Positions 36,401-50,870 of a DNA stretch of 64,000 nucleotides are shown in pieces (the first letter of the stretch is position 1; every line of letters begins with the position of its first letter). The DNA comes from Balanoglossus misakiensis (Eukaryota; Animalia; Hemichordata). The position numbers and the translations under genes are program-made. Where the stretch lies: contig CM082589.2 in the NCBI GenBank assembly GCA_040954595.2, forward strand, positions 2,225,498-2,289,497, read 5' to 3'. Under the pieces are notes generated by a model that searched no databases, was not told the DNA's origin, and saw only the letters and a list, made by a program, of their open reading frames with translations.

Positions 36401-39400
36401 CATGTTATCTCCGGAAAAACGGGACGACATTACCTTTCACTAATCGCATTAAATATTCATGCTATACGTTCCCATGATCCGGGGATCGACTGCACAGTAG
36501 CCAAACACGATTTGTTTGGATCCAGATACGTGTTAATGGTTTTCAGGGGACTAATATTTGGCAGTCACAAACTATTTTACAAACATGGTTCGTGAACTAA
36601 ATTACGAGAGAATCGAACGCTTAAACAGTCCTGAGAAATAACACATTCGAACCTATAAAGGCGTCTTCTCGTTCCGAGAAGAGTGACTACAAATCATTTA
36701 ACAAACAGCGCAAATTATGACAAGAGAAACCCGGTCTGGCCGTGTCTATCTCCTCTCATTGACGCATTTTTATCCATTATTCCGATTACTGGCTCCCTAA
36801 ATTGCTCGCGGAGACAACCCGAAGAAGCACATCATTCTTATTACCCAAAGTGGAGTTAAAAATTGATCGTTCCATTATCACGTGCTTTTTTGTAAAGATT
36901 GAAACTTCAAATGGTGGAGCGCATGATGAGAACGAATGCTTCGTTGAAATTAAGAATTACGATTGAAGTAACTAGGCTGTCAGCGATGGCCGTTAATAAT
37001 TCACAATAATCGCCAGCCTGGTGTGCCTTACCATGATTACAGCGACACATTATCATCTTTAATAATTGATGGGCTGATTCGAGTTGTTGTTATCAATTCC
37101 CTGTCATTATCCCCAGTTTTCTTGCGTATTTTTCTCGAAAGACAAGGTAAATTAAGGCTTTCTCCTGGGGAACAAGCTCCCGGCGTCTGGGCGGTGTTTT
37201 TAACTTGATGACAACCGGAAGTTTTGGAGAAAGAGGTATTTTGCCCCCGAGGGGAGGAGACAGTTTGGTCTCAGAAACGGCATCTTTGGATAATGTTTTC
37301 TTGGAATGTAGTTTCACAATGGGGTTACGTCCCTAAGAGGTATGTTTCAGGTAGCTATCAGACAAATGTATGGAGAAACGGGTGTCCATATTCCTGCGGC
37401 TGCCAAGTTTTACTCTCATACAGATGACTGACCTTTTAACAATCAGTTTTTAAAATTATTTCGGTGCATTGTTCGAAAACCTCTACGACTTAATTTTACC
37501 GAGTTCTGTGTCTATGTGTAAATTATCAGAACGACACATTTAAGGGGTTGGGTGTCTTTGCCATTTGATAATTATATATTACCCTATCCTAATGGGAGAA
37601 AAGTTTGACTGTTTGCAACGACATTACAGGCACTTCTAATTGTAACGAAAGAACACATTCAAATTAAATTACACTGCATTAAGTTGATTCTTTCGGTGCA
37701 TTAGAAGTTACGGAAGGCTGTATATACGTGCACTGCACAAATCACTACCAGATGCCATTATAACATATCGATCGCCGGGTTACATACACTCAGTTTTTAT
37801 ATATTTTAACCAACCATGCGTTTGTGTACATCGGGTATTCTATAACCCCAGACTCTAGTCCCCGCCTTGTTTATAGAATTGAACGAACTCAGGAAACTGG
37901 TCGATTTTCCTGAAAATTACATGGATTTGCTGAAGGCGACATATGTTAGCGGGTCGCTCACCAGATCCCCGGTAATCCCGTGGAAAATCTGGCGGGATTT
38001 CCTCGCTGGGACGCTGTCGATGATGGCAAGGAAGAAAAATGTCTCTTCACTACGCTTGGATCAGTTTTCACTCTGTTTTGATGAAATTTATTAAAGGAAA
38101 TACATGCAAATAAAGCCAGCCAATTCTCGGAGGAGTCATGTTATTTTAGTCACCGACATAAGATGGCCACACCGACTTTACCATGCGTATAACATTTTCG
38201 TGAGACAAAATTTTGTGAAAGACCACGCAGACATTTCGTCAAAACCGATCCTTAATTCACGCTGATTATAGTTTTCTAAATTTAAGGGGCAACTGAGAGC
38301 AGAACAACACAAATTGCATAAAAATAAAATTGAAATAAACGATTCCAATTGCCAGATATTGTATTGATTACAAATATGTCGTTAACTTGCCTGTTCTCTA
38401 GAATGATTATGAAAATATTATCAAAGAGAGTGGGTCATCATTATTTAGGAAACATCGACCATGTCAAAATGAAGTAAAATTGCCAGGTTTAGGTATTAAT
38501 ACTGATCGCAAAGGCTAGACAAGTTCAGAATATAGTGCACTTAAATGGCGGAAACCAAAAAGAGCGGATGCTTCGGACCGTTATACATTAGCCGACAAAC
38601 CTGATCTGTTCGCCTGACTGGAGATATGAAAGAGGCAACGCAAAAAAAGATCTCAGCTAATTTTGCACAACAAATGTGCACACGGCATGGCCTGGATGAC
38701 GGATTTCGTTTTTGTCAGAGAAAAGTACTTTTCTGGTGGCTTTCAATTAGGAAATCCCAGAGGGACCGAGATTGTAGGGTGTATACAATACCGTCCCTTA
38801 ATTGTCAATATCAGAAATTTGACATCGACCAACTAGACATAAAAGTGTATTTTGAAACAAACATAAAAAGGGTGAAACGCCACGCCTGGATGGAGTTGCC
38901 TAATTGAAGAAATGTCTGAAGTTTGAAAGGAGGAAATCTTAAGAGCGTGAAAAATGGGACGGCGGAGGGGAAAAGGCACCACTGTTGAGGATGATATTGG
39001 CTTCTGATTGTTCAAGTTGAGGTTTCAGCGATATTGGGCTCTCTTTCAGGGCACGCTCGCAATCATGATTTTTATTCTGTCGACGCGTTCTCCTCTTTCA
39101 TTTCACTTTCTTTCTTTCCAGAATGATGGACAAACACGGAGATGAGACCTCGAACCATTGGCCTCAGTGATCTCCCGGAGAAATAACACACATATGCTAA
39201 ATTATGAGCAGAAACCAATTTCCTCAGCAAAGTTCTGTTTTCTAAACTTTATCCACTAGATTTTCTAAATGTGAAATGTTGGTAACATTGGCCTCGATAG
39301 AAACATCAACATCATTTACTTGGTGAGTCTACAAGTCAGCAACCTCCTCCTCCTCATAACCACCCCCGGACTCCACACAAGTCAGCTTTAGCGTTCAATG

Positions 39401-42400
39401 TCGCCGAGGTCAACTGATGTACCGTGTTCACAGTGCACTTATATTAGATATAATAAAGTCCTACTTCACATCCACTGGGAAAGCACACTTCAAAATGCAC
39501 AGTCCATTTGTAAGCGTGTGTTGAGATATAAGATCGTATCTCTCAAAGCGCTGAAATCAGATTACATCTGCGCACAGTTCAATAAATATCAATTTTTCAA
39601 AGACGGTGCGATAATTTCTGTTAGAAGCGCCTTTGAACTTAACCTCACAAATCAAAGCCCTCGTTCGTTTTTACCCGTAATTTTGAGTTGCTGTAACGGT
39701 AGCGGAGTTTTGGACGCCGAGTCTTTAGAATGAACCTTGAAATGTTCATGTCTGAGCCTTTTTGCGGCTCTGCATCTCCGTCATTCTATCTCGCTGTCTC
39801 GTCAGTGCCTATAATTTCCCTAGTTGCTGCCTTAGAATTGTTCTTCCTTGCGCCGTTATTTCCCCTGTCTCTTAGATAATGTGCTCGCTCAAACCGCACG
39901 CGCAAAAGTTATCCATCTTTTTTCTCGATAGCGAACCATTGAGGACAAATTAGACTCTGTACAAAGTACTTGTTTAGGTTCACAGAAATGTCAATTGAAT
40001 GCTTCGATATAATCATTTATGGTGCATTCAAAACAGTTTTGTGACGAATGAAAATACGTCATGCCTATATTCGGGGCGTCATTGGTCTTACTGTAACAGC
40101 CAATGGGTCCGTTCCGTTAAAACATAAAACTTCTCACTTTGATATAAATATGGGATATAAGACTTCTTACCTTTGATTATACAAATCGTGAGTCTGTAGG
40201 ACTAAGCAGGATGTTTCGCAGCCGTTCCAAAGATTGGTTGGTAGCCCAGACGATTATCTTGTTCCGAAGATTCGAGTCGGCGCTCAGGTGTACCATAGCC
40301 ATTAAAGTGGACATTTTATTGGCGACCGCTAAGAACCGCACTTTAAATATAGAAAATGAAATTGCATAAATTTGTTGCGGAAGATCAACACAGAAGTCAC
40401 ATCCTTCATAAAAAATGCCGCTCACAGTTATATAATGTAATTGCTTTACTTTTTTACGATTCGACGTCTATTTCGGATATGTGTTCTAAATTTCGACCGT
40501 AAACATAGTGGTAAAATTGCATCGTCGGAGAGAGATCTTTTATTGTCAGTAAATTGAGTTCAATCTAAACTTGGCTTTATCGACGTTTGAAAACTTCCTT
40601 TTTACCACGGAATGGGGTCGTTGACATTTTTGTTAAATACAGCTGACTGGAGACGAAAGAGGAAGTTCAGCTAAGATTGACTTCTCAAATGCTGTCTTGG
40701 AATGTTTCTTGGAATGCTGCATTGTGAATTATACCACTCGTGGTAATGTGACCAATCGTTCTTACAGCTAAACTACTGTACATGTATACATTTACTATGA
40801 TAACACCAATTGTCCCTATGCAAATAAGCAAGCCACAGAGACAGACCTCCTTTATCAAATATTGCAAAGATTCGTGCTGGGAAAATGTGAAAACATTACT
40901 GAAACTTACCTTGCCAGAATGGCGTGTATGATATTCCAGCTCTCGTCACCAAGCGTCCCACACTGACATGTCCCACGTGGTAGACCTGCGTGTAATTTGT
41001 GGTACGCGAGATCTCTCTGTTTTTCATTCAATTGTGCACTGTCCACAGGAGCCTGAAATATTGCACCTGCCTGTTTTGCCGTTAGTTTAGACTCGTCTCT
41101 GTCACCCAGTGGTATGCGGGTTGTCAAGCTGACAGCAAAACCGTTCAACTTCGCTTGGAAATATACGTCCATGGCGGAGATATCCGCGTGTGCGTCCATA
41201 CTGGTGGCGTGACCAAAAACACGGTGACATGCGCATGCATCGTATGCAACGTGGCAAATCGATGTGCACCTGGATCAGAGCAGTCAGTCTATTAGCCAAT
41301 CAGATAGCTGTATTATACCATGCTAATGTGTCAGAATTTTCATCCTTGATGACACCATTGTACAAAGGTGTGGTGTAAATTAATCGGTCTGATAGCTCAA
41401 CACAACTATACCATGATAATTTTTGTCAAATTTATACATTTTTGCGGTATAAGTAGATAATTGTACTGGTTCTTGTGTGTTATAACTTTAAAGGGCAAGT
41501 ATACCCGGCTACATGTGCGCGGGCGCGAGAGTATCCTTAGCATCTATTGGAAAGATGACCGCAACTAGCGCCCTCAACAGTCTTTTATTTGAAGTTGCAC
41601 GTAACACAACTTATCGTACTCTATTAATAGTATTTCGGCTCAATCCAATTTGGACATCAAATAAGTATCCACGGATATTTGACCATAAACCATTGTCAAT
41701 TTCATTGATGGCGTGATCCGACAGTAGCCAATTTTCCTTCGATAAATAAAACGAGTTAAATAAATTCTTAAGATGTGGTCTGTTTCTATGTCATTCTCAA
41801 TTCCAGTAACTTGATTTTCATCCTAGCCGGACAAGGTAACAGAGTGCTACAGCCATCTAGATAGGTCATTAAGGCCACGATCGCTTGATAAGTCGTTTTC
41901 CAGGCAGAGTTAGCATTCAGACGGGCGTTTCGGGGAGTTACATTAACGATCCCTCGAAATAGAGTGTTCTGAGAAACCCTGAAGAGAGATAACCTTTCGC
42001 GAATTTAAAGATTATCGAGTTAACTCCCAAGTGTGGGCGAATGGCGAGGAATCGAGATAGCGCCGGCCGCATACACCTCGCCCCCGTCACGTTTGCATGA
42101 TGCGCAACCCTCGCGCGGTCGAGTCGCGGATCGCTGACGTTAAATAACGCTAAACGTTGTCCCGCCTTACTATCACTCGTGGAAAATTAATTTATCTTGG
42201 CTTTAATGCGGCGATAAAGTCTGCAGCTGTGGCTCGCCTCATTTCCCATTCGTCAGATACTGTTGCTCCACGGTGATACATATTTATAGGCTTTTCCCCA
42301 TCATTGGTTCATTTTCATTCAAGTATTTCTCCATTACTGAGTACGAATGCTCGATAGATTGATGTGAAATTTATTCTGTTTTTTTTTCCTTCACTGGCTG

Positions 42401-45400
42401 TGTACATGTGCTTCTACGATAGCTAGAGACCAAGCCACACCCACGTTTTCTATTTACTTTTTTACATAGAGATGTTCACTCGAAACAAAACAAAAACAAT
42501 GCAGTTTTTGTAAATATTACTATTGTAAAAACTACTAAATACATGTATATAACTTCTTTTATTATATATGTCCTGTTCAAACGGAAGTTGGTTCTACTGG
42601 TGAGCCCTCATTGCAAAGAATTCAAACAGCCTATACGCCTTGAATGCAAAATTCAAAACCGCATGTCGTATGCACTACACATCAGCTCACAAGATGTAAA
42701 AATATAATGTATATGATGAATTTACTTAAACGGTTCTTATCTTAGATTATATTTAACACTTAATAGAGTGTCGAAACTGCTAAGCCGCCAAATCCATCTC
42801 TGTGAAAATCGTTGCTGGAATTTTAATGAATCCCTCACCGCTCTGAAGACACGTACGCAGGGGATATACTGTTTTCAGAATCAGAAGTTTCCCGCCAATT
42901 TATCTCGGATAGAAATTATCGTCTGCCACTGAATTTCATCAAAATACCATTAGTTCGGCAGGCAGGCATTATAAGTGACCAATTTTAGGTGTAATTACTC
43001 GAGAATCTCGATTAAACTATTTGATGGGTATTTTTTACTGTTTTTGTCTGTTGAGAGTTACTCATTTCGCGAGTGAAACATCTGTTTGAGAGGGGATCAG
43101 ACTTTGACATACAGTACTTTCAGCGGGAACATGTCACGCACGCGCAGGAACGGTAATCACATGCTGGATTACATACGTCCACAATTGCTGAATCCCCGCA
43201 CGTTTGACCCAAGAACTCGACACCACTTTGTTCGAACACTCGCAACTTATCTTTCCGTCCGTTCCTTGAATACTTATCAAACTGGATTCGGCGAGTCTTT
43301 GACAATGCCCCGCTCAGACGAGAAGCGTAAGATCCCCACGCTCGATAAATTTTACACAATAATTTGCTTAACTCGTCTGTCCTTCATAGATGTGCCGCTT
43401 TTTCCCACATTAACTCTGTTGATTGAATATTAAACCGGATTTCTTTACTCTCAGAAAGGTTCTTACAATCTGATAAAATTAATATAACAGAAAATTCAGA
43501 TCTTCAGGGGCTGGCCATATATTGCTTTTAGTCTCCCAACCCGTTCAGACGCTTAGCATTGACACGAACTACAATGCGTTTCGAATCAACTAAGAGGAAC
43601 CTACATGTAGTTCATTTATTTTTCTTCTCTTGTCAAAAACTAGACCGCCACATTTCAGCAAAATTATTTCACATTCCCAATATCTAAAGAGCCATTGTGT
43701 AATAGTCCATGTGTTTTGATGCACTTGCCCTTCGTGCGGATAGACATGTGGCATTTCCAGTTGGCGGTAATTTCCACTCGGGCCATAACAATCATAACTG
43801 TTCACGCACAGATGAGTTCCTCTGACAATCCTATTCTGTGGTAATTATGGTGACTTAAATAATTAATTTACGACGGGAATTGAGAGGCGGAGGAGGGGGG
43901 CATTCTCTTTAAAGCGGGTACGCCATGTAATAAATCAAGTTCACCTTTCTAAATTTTATTACGTGCACGTGCCAGTGTGATGTGTAGTACGACATACGGG
44001 CTGCGGCGTGGTTGTATGGAGTAGTCGCCTAGCTACCTACAGTTTCTATGTAAACAATTGTAACCTCGTCGTTTTTTTATTTTATTTCGGCTTGCAGAAA
44101 GTGAGAAAGGCGGAGTTTGCATTTTGTGTTGTTTTGAATAAACACGAGATTATAAGCGCGATTTTGTGTAATTGCTCTATTGAAATCTTGTCTTTAGTCC
44201 AGTAATTGATTCGTTTTGCTATGGTCTCGCGAGGGGTACACAGAAAGCGTTGAAGGGATATTTTCCACCAAAAGCAGCTTCTGGTTTTGATTCAGGACGA
44301 TGGTGACAGATTCAATAAGTTTCTGTGCCCGGCTTTTGTAATTCCCTATGCTGGATGACTCCAAGTGAGTTTTGATTGTCCGAGTCTCTCCCAGGTGGGA
44401 AGGCAAGAATTTAGCGAGAGGAACGTATAATGCTAGCATAACACGGGTGCACAATGCACGCAAATGAACAAACCAAGGCTGATTACAGGGCATTTCAACC
44501 TACCGCAAATAAATCTGCGATGCACGATCTTTTCAACGCGCACAATATGTATTCAGGCTTCTATTCGATGGGCTAGACGAAATTCACCCTATTAAAGATC
44601 GCGTACAAAAGGCGCGAAAGCTACAGACTGGGACGAAATTGACATCTCCATTGGACGAGCACTGTAATTTGGCACCCAAGGGGTTGGTGTTTTTCCAAGT
44701 AACGCTTGACACTAAGCCAGGCTTTTCACTCAAAAGAATCAGCAATAAAATTACGTTTTTACTTATGCGCCACCTAATGTGGTTATCCGACTCCCTTTAT
44801 TCTTCAGAAGCCCGCGAGAATGGATAATGTCGTGCTGTAAATTTACCTGTAAAAATACCCTGCTTTAGCTCGCGTTCGCTAACCGAATTACCCTTTCAGT
44901 CTCGCCATTTGACATGTACATGTCGCGCAAGCATAATGTCACGCTCACTCCCCATTCTGTCAAACGTCGAAGTAGCTATATATAGTTCAAAACGCAAAGT
45001 TCTGCGGATATATCCATCTTGCTCGAGCCGATGTAAGATCAAAATTGACTGTTACGTTAATTTTAATTAACCAAGATTCAATGTAGCTGTCACATCATGG
45101 CAGCTTAATAGTTATCCCACTAGTAACCCTTAGCATGTCTACAACCGGTACCTAAGATGTCTCGAAAAACATATTCAAATGACATGGGATATAGAGTTCC
45201 CTTCGTTAATTGGATGAAAGAGAGTATCTCATTAATTTACATAATACTTAACAAGGTTAATTATTCAAACGTACCAACTTTGTCATAGTCAAGCATCCCC
45301 AGAGAAATACTTTTCCAAAGTCGACTCTAGATGGCGCCAGAACCTATAAAATGAACATTAAAATACAGAATAAGACTCTAGATGTGCGAAAGCTTCTCGC

Positions 45401-48400
45401 TTTGATCAGAATTGGGCATCAGTTGTCAGGGGTTGAGGGCGCAGTGCCACTTGGTGTAGCTTGCAACGTGTCATGCACCCCTTAGTCGGTGGTAATACCT
45501 GTCCCACTTCCGTTACGTTCATGTACGTCGCAACGGGGTGCTAGAACATTCTCACACGAAATACATCGCCAGCCGGGCGATGTTAACTGCGCGTGCGCAT
45601 GAAGAGAGAAGGATAACCGACCTTGAGACGACCTACATGTATGCATAGTGTCACACTGGTTGATTTAAAACCAAGAATAGACTTACTTTGCGTTCTTGTC
45701 TTCGTTTTGCAGCAATCATATCACCTCTCGAGGGCCCAAATCAGATGTGTTACACATCTAATCATGTATCTATGTCAGAAAAGCACCTGGTGATAAGTTT
45801 TTTTGTATATGGCGCATCCGCTGAAATTCTTCACATGTGTTAGAAATAGCGCCACCAAGCTAACTCCAGTAGAGAATGCTAATTACTGACAGGAAGTTGT
45901 CATACTCTCTTCCGTCTTAGCACAATTTTTCGAAGACAGAAAGATAACAAGTTGCTGATTACATTGTTTTCCGAGAAGTCATACAGAACAATGATTAAAT
46001 GGAAACATGTCAATAATGCATTAACTTCGGACAAAATTTATGCGTGCAACACTATCAATCCATTTCGAGAAAAAATAAGAATGTCTATCAAACCGTCTCT
46101 AGGGGGCGATGTTGTTACTACACAGAATATGTTACTGCTCGCTGGGCATAATCAGAAACTGCTCATTACTTACTCAAGACACGCCACCATTTGTCAGAAC
46201 ACGATGAAAATAAGATTAGAGTGCTCAGGAAAACAAAAACGATGAAATATTTAGAAGGCCAAGAGGTTGAATATGAAACTGAATGCAATTATGGTGTAAC
46301 ATAGCCGCTGAATCCTCCGATACGGAACGTTTGCGTCCCAGATGATCAGCTTCACGGCAATTTCGAATTTTGTAAAGTTCTTAATAGCCTGTCTCTATAT
46401 TAAGACATATTATCGCAAAAATGCAAAGGTTAAGATTTTTTTTCTTCAAAATATGACGAATCGGTGTAAAATGGAAGTGGAATAAAAAAGTACTGTGCAC
46501 TATACAAATGGCAGGGCGGAAGGATACAAACCGGTAGTGGGACCCTACAACATGAGCGTATATAGATGAATATCTGTTTTGTAAAACTAAAGCGCGACAG
46601 AGATTACAGTGAATTCAGAAAAGGCAGAAATTTGAATTCTGTATTCCGTGATACACATCCACTTTGATTAGTCCACACATCAAGTACGCTGTAAAAAATT
46701 TACTGCCGCATTACGATTCTTGGCAAGCAGTCTTCAATAGACATTTTATAACAAAATGTCGGCATTTTGTGATGTTGACCTGTAATCAGACAATCTAGCG
46801 ACACACTCTCTGTTTATCGCGCTTTACAAAAATTGCTTTCCTCCGAGACTTGCAAAGTTCGTTCTCTTTTCACGTTCGTGAATACCAAAATTGAGTTATG
46901 TGTTATACAGCTTGTACAACTGTTTCATGGCAGGCCTGAAAGTGCAGATGCACCGAGGGAGCCGTAAAGGGGCGAGTGACTTGCGTGTGTGATTACTGCA
47001 AGATTGCACGTAAACTCGTGAACTGGAAGGGCTACAGTGAATGTGTACAAAATCCACAGAAATTTAATTTCAAGGTGGACTGTCTTCTCGCATGATCAGA
47101 TGGTGATGTGGATGTACTCGATATACACACCCCGGTCGATTTATCACGTATCAATTGATGTCAACTTTAATCCTTACACTGAGAAAGCAAGGAAATACTG
47201 CGGAGGTCACTGAGCATACGGCATTGGCGTACAAAAATCTTTTACACATGCAAACAATTGAATTTGCTGTATGGTGCGTATTTTACTTAAATATGATTTA
47301 ATATAAACTAGAAAACCTGTAATGCGTTTGCATACCAGGGCCACCAGGTGTGTCCGATATAAAGTTTAACAACTTTTAGCCGTAGTCATGTTAGAATTCA
47401 TGCGCCGAAGGAGGCTCTAAGTCTCTAAATGACTTGTGTGATTATCCAAGACCATGTGATCGATATCTCCCGGTGTCACACAATGCAGTGACCTAGATTA
47501 GGAGTTATCTGCGGACACATCTGTGTCTAACTCCGTCGAACTCTTTGCATGGCACCGACCGTCTTTCTCGCCGTCGATTCTTCTGTGTCAACGTGTAAGT
47601 GCATCAAAACTGTCAGAAAAGCTTACAACCTTTAGAGTTACAGCCTGAGTACTTTCAATATTCTTAACAATTGAAATTTATAACCAGTGTCCCCCGCCCC
47701 ACCAAACCTATAACCTTTGACCCCGAGTAGAATTATTCTTCATTGTGTATTTTTCCGTTGGTACTTATCGGGTTTCTACTTGTACTTATATCGGTTGCAT
47801 CTCCCTCAGTGGTCTCATAATGATCCCCATGGTAACGAAGGCATCTCAGTGCGTCGCCGGTGTCGTTCGCTGAATCCTTCTTGGCCGTGGAAACACGCTG
47901 TTTCTTTTCCTCAAAGTGTGCATGATCTGGAAATGCCCGCGCGCCCTAACACTTTCAACCCGCGCTGTTCATTCCGCTGGATAACTGAAACTGACAAATG
48001 AACAATACGACAGTTGAATGTGTTCAGCGGATGGAATTGGATCTGAGTATTTAAAAATGCAATATTCTTTTGTAAAACCCACAGATGAGGTCTTGCCCCA
48101 ATACGTAAATGATTCGTTCGTAATCCAATTGAATGTTTGTCCTTATCATTGTCCGTCCTTACGGGGTATTTTTTGACCAAAACTTGCAGATGAAGGGAAT
48201 TTTCAATTGTATGCGGGTAGACATTAAGGTGTCAAGTGCTGTCAATTTCACCGAAATGGACAACTTAATGCCGATATCAGCATACATTAGGCTAAAAGCA
48301 TGATGCTATTCATGTCGTGATCGCGGCGCAGTAATGGTGGGACATGTTCGGAATACATATAATGCGCGTCCCCAGATCCTTATCGGGGGCGCTGTGTGTG

Positions 48401-50616
48401 TGACGCAAAGCCATCGAAAAGGAAGTGGGCGCCATAGTGTCAACAACCCAGATCTCTCTCTCCGTGGCCTGTCGCTCGGTATATGCATTAGGCGAGTTGG
48501 AATAAAAAAAATAGGAATCGTTTGTAATCAAGAACAATATTGACATGCCGATTAATGCGCTGGTTGCGTATGGTTAGGGGATTAAGTAATGGATACAAAA
48601 AATATTTACAGGGCTTTGCTAATGAACGTGGAAATTGAACGTGATGTATGGCCAGCTGGACACAGGGAGAACATGGAGAATATTATGTACAGAGAATTGC
48701 AAATGTCGTGTAAATTAGATTTATCCAAATATGCATAATCCACAATAAATAAAAACCCATGCGATGTTGACATTTAGACAGTCAAGAGGATTTAGAATTT
48801 AAATTTAAATGTACATATAGGATCAAAACTAAATATCCCGATTTTCCCGGCAAACATCGTAAAATAATGAGCGATTGTAACTGCCAGGCCGTGGAAAGTA
48901 TATGATTTCAAGTCTTATCAGTTGTGGGTAGATGATGGAATAAGTTTTGAAGATGTCAAGCTTCTGGTTCTTTTGCGTTAAACTTGACACAGGGGTTATG
49001 ACGGCCCAGGGGGTTATACCTGATCCCCATTTTGTGACCCATCTAATACAACGAAATCTAAGCCTGATAAAACATTCATCCGTGTACATTAAGTTTGTAC
49101 TAGCCACTGCTCATATAAGGGCAGATTCCAAGTAATCGACCGCTCATATTTCACGTTCAGATCACCGCCTGTGTCTCCAGATATTTTATGCAGTACGCTT
49201 TCTTCTTGCTTTTAACCAAGCACTATAACAATGCCGCTGATACACATGAAATGTTTATATCGAAATACATTGAATATATTCCTGGTGAAAAATCGGCTGG
49301 TTCAATCTCTCTGCGACGATAGATTTATGGGAGTTAGCATGGACTAAATGAAACCGCTCGGGTGATATACGCTCGTACATCTACGTGTCATCAGTACACT
49401 TATACAGTCGAATTCGTTATCATTGCTCTTCAGTCTAACCGATATTTTGGGCTGACCTTTGTCTACTGTAATGTGGGTGTGGGATAGCGTCGGTTTAGAA
49501 GATTTGTTAGGAGGAGACATTTGGGAGATCGCATCAAACATGTGGGTTTCTTCAATAACTTTCGACAGAATTCACATCACAATTTCTCGCTAATTTAACT
49601 ACAGTATTTTTCTGTACACTATTTAACCTTCATCACTCTCTCTAAGTTGGTTTCTGAAGGTCTACCCTAATCGCACAACTCACAATGTTCGGCTAGTCTG
49701 TAACTATGCCTACGAATATTACCTGCCACGGAGGCGAGGGACAATTACTTTCAATTACCTCCAGTAATCAAATTTCAACTAGGCCTCTGTGACATCTAAG
49801 CCCTGACCCCTGGCAGCATTTCCCGCCACCCGGAACCTCTAAAGTAAAATTTCTTTGTGGCGTAGTCATAGCCAGAAGATGAAAAATGTCCTCTTTTCAG
49901 AGTCCCCGTATGCAACCTCCAGGCTACGGATAATTCGGAGTCAATAAAGTCTCAGAGTCCGACTGACACTAAAACAGAGCTCCGGTCACAAAACGACTTC
50001 AACCCTCGAAGTGTAAATGTCAAATTGGGGAGCTTTTTCTTATGCGGCGTGGGGATGAATAAGCGAAAGCAGAAAATATTTTACTACATTAAGAACAATT
50101 AAACCCTCCATAGTAAAAAACATACAAACAGGCATATGTGGTTAATACCATAATGTTTCGCAATTGTAAACAATAACTCGATACTTCATGCCGTGAGAAG
50201 TATGTCGGCGGCACTGACTATCGAAAGGGTGTAGGTTACGGTAGCCGGGTCAAAGGTTAATTGACGTGGAAATGAACGGTAGGTTGACCCACGGAACATG
50301 TAATGATGTAAAGCAAATTGAGTGATCGCTGTACAAAGGAGACGCTGTGTACTCAGATGCCAAAATAAAATATTTATTGATGAAACAAAACGAGGAAGAA
50401 GACGTGTAGGACAGGACATTAATTGCATGGAGGAGATGTCCTTTCTGTACAACACCTATTAAGTTCTCATTTTATGAAAACCCACGCCTGCGACGACTAG
50501 TGGGAGATTGATTGGCACCCGTCCCTTTCTGTACCTTCCGCATCGTATAATGAGGTGTCAATCTTGTGATTCGTTTGTGGCCTTAAATCTCACTTCATTT
50601 CCCCTGACCGTTACTC

Positions 50617-50870
50617 TTATTATCTCACAAGCGTAAATTAATCATGGATGTTGGTATTAAGCCTATTTTCTAATTGCACTTTGTTCCGCCTTCTCGTATA
50701 TGTATGTGTGTGTGTTTACGCGATATCTCAAGAACGAAACAGATATGGATCAAATTTGGCACACAGGTTCTATTTTGCGAAAACAAGGACTGATGTAAAC
50801 AACATTAGTATGGACATTGATCTAAATTTTAGTTACAAGTGCTCTCGCCTCAGCGTGATCTAGATCTGTG
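50617..50870 (+). mobile_element. Possible degenerate non-autonomous Helentron/HINE-like interspersed repeat
   Basis: Layout ttattatctc... then a short (TG/TATG) tract, then gcgatatctcaagaac...gatcaaatttggcacacagg. This resembles microsatellite-bearing HINE/DINE-1-type repeats of invertebrates and fish. Recognised from memory; no database search was run. Confidence 0.3.

Noticed and set aside
39422-39480. CCGTGTTCACAG matches the start of the mir-124 5p arm
   Set aside because: No mature 3p arm and no hairpin follows; a 12-nt match can be chance.
43086-43433. 115-aa + ORF with flanking AG and GTAAGA sites
   Set aside because: Isolated, with no recognisable homology and no compatible partner exons.
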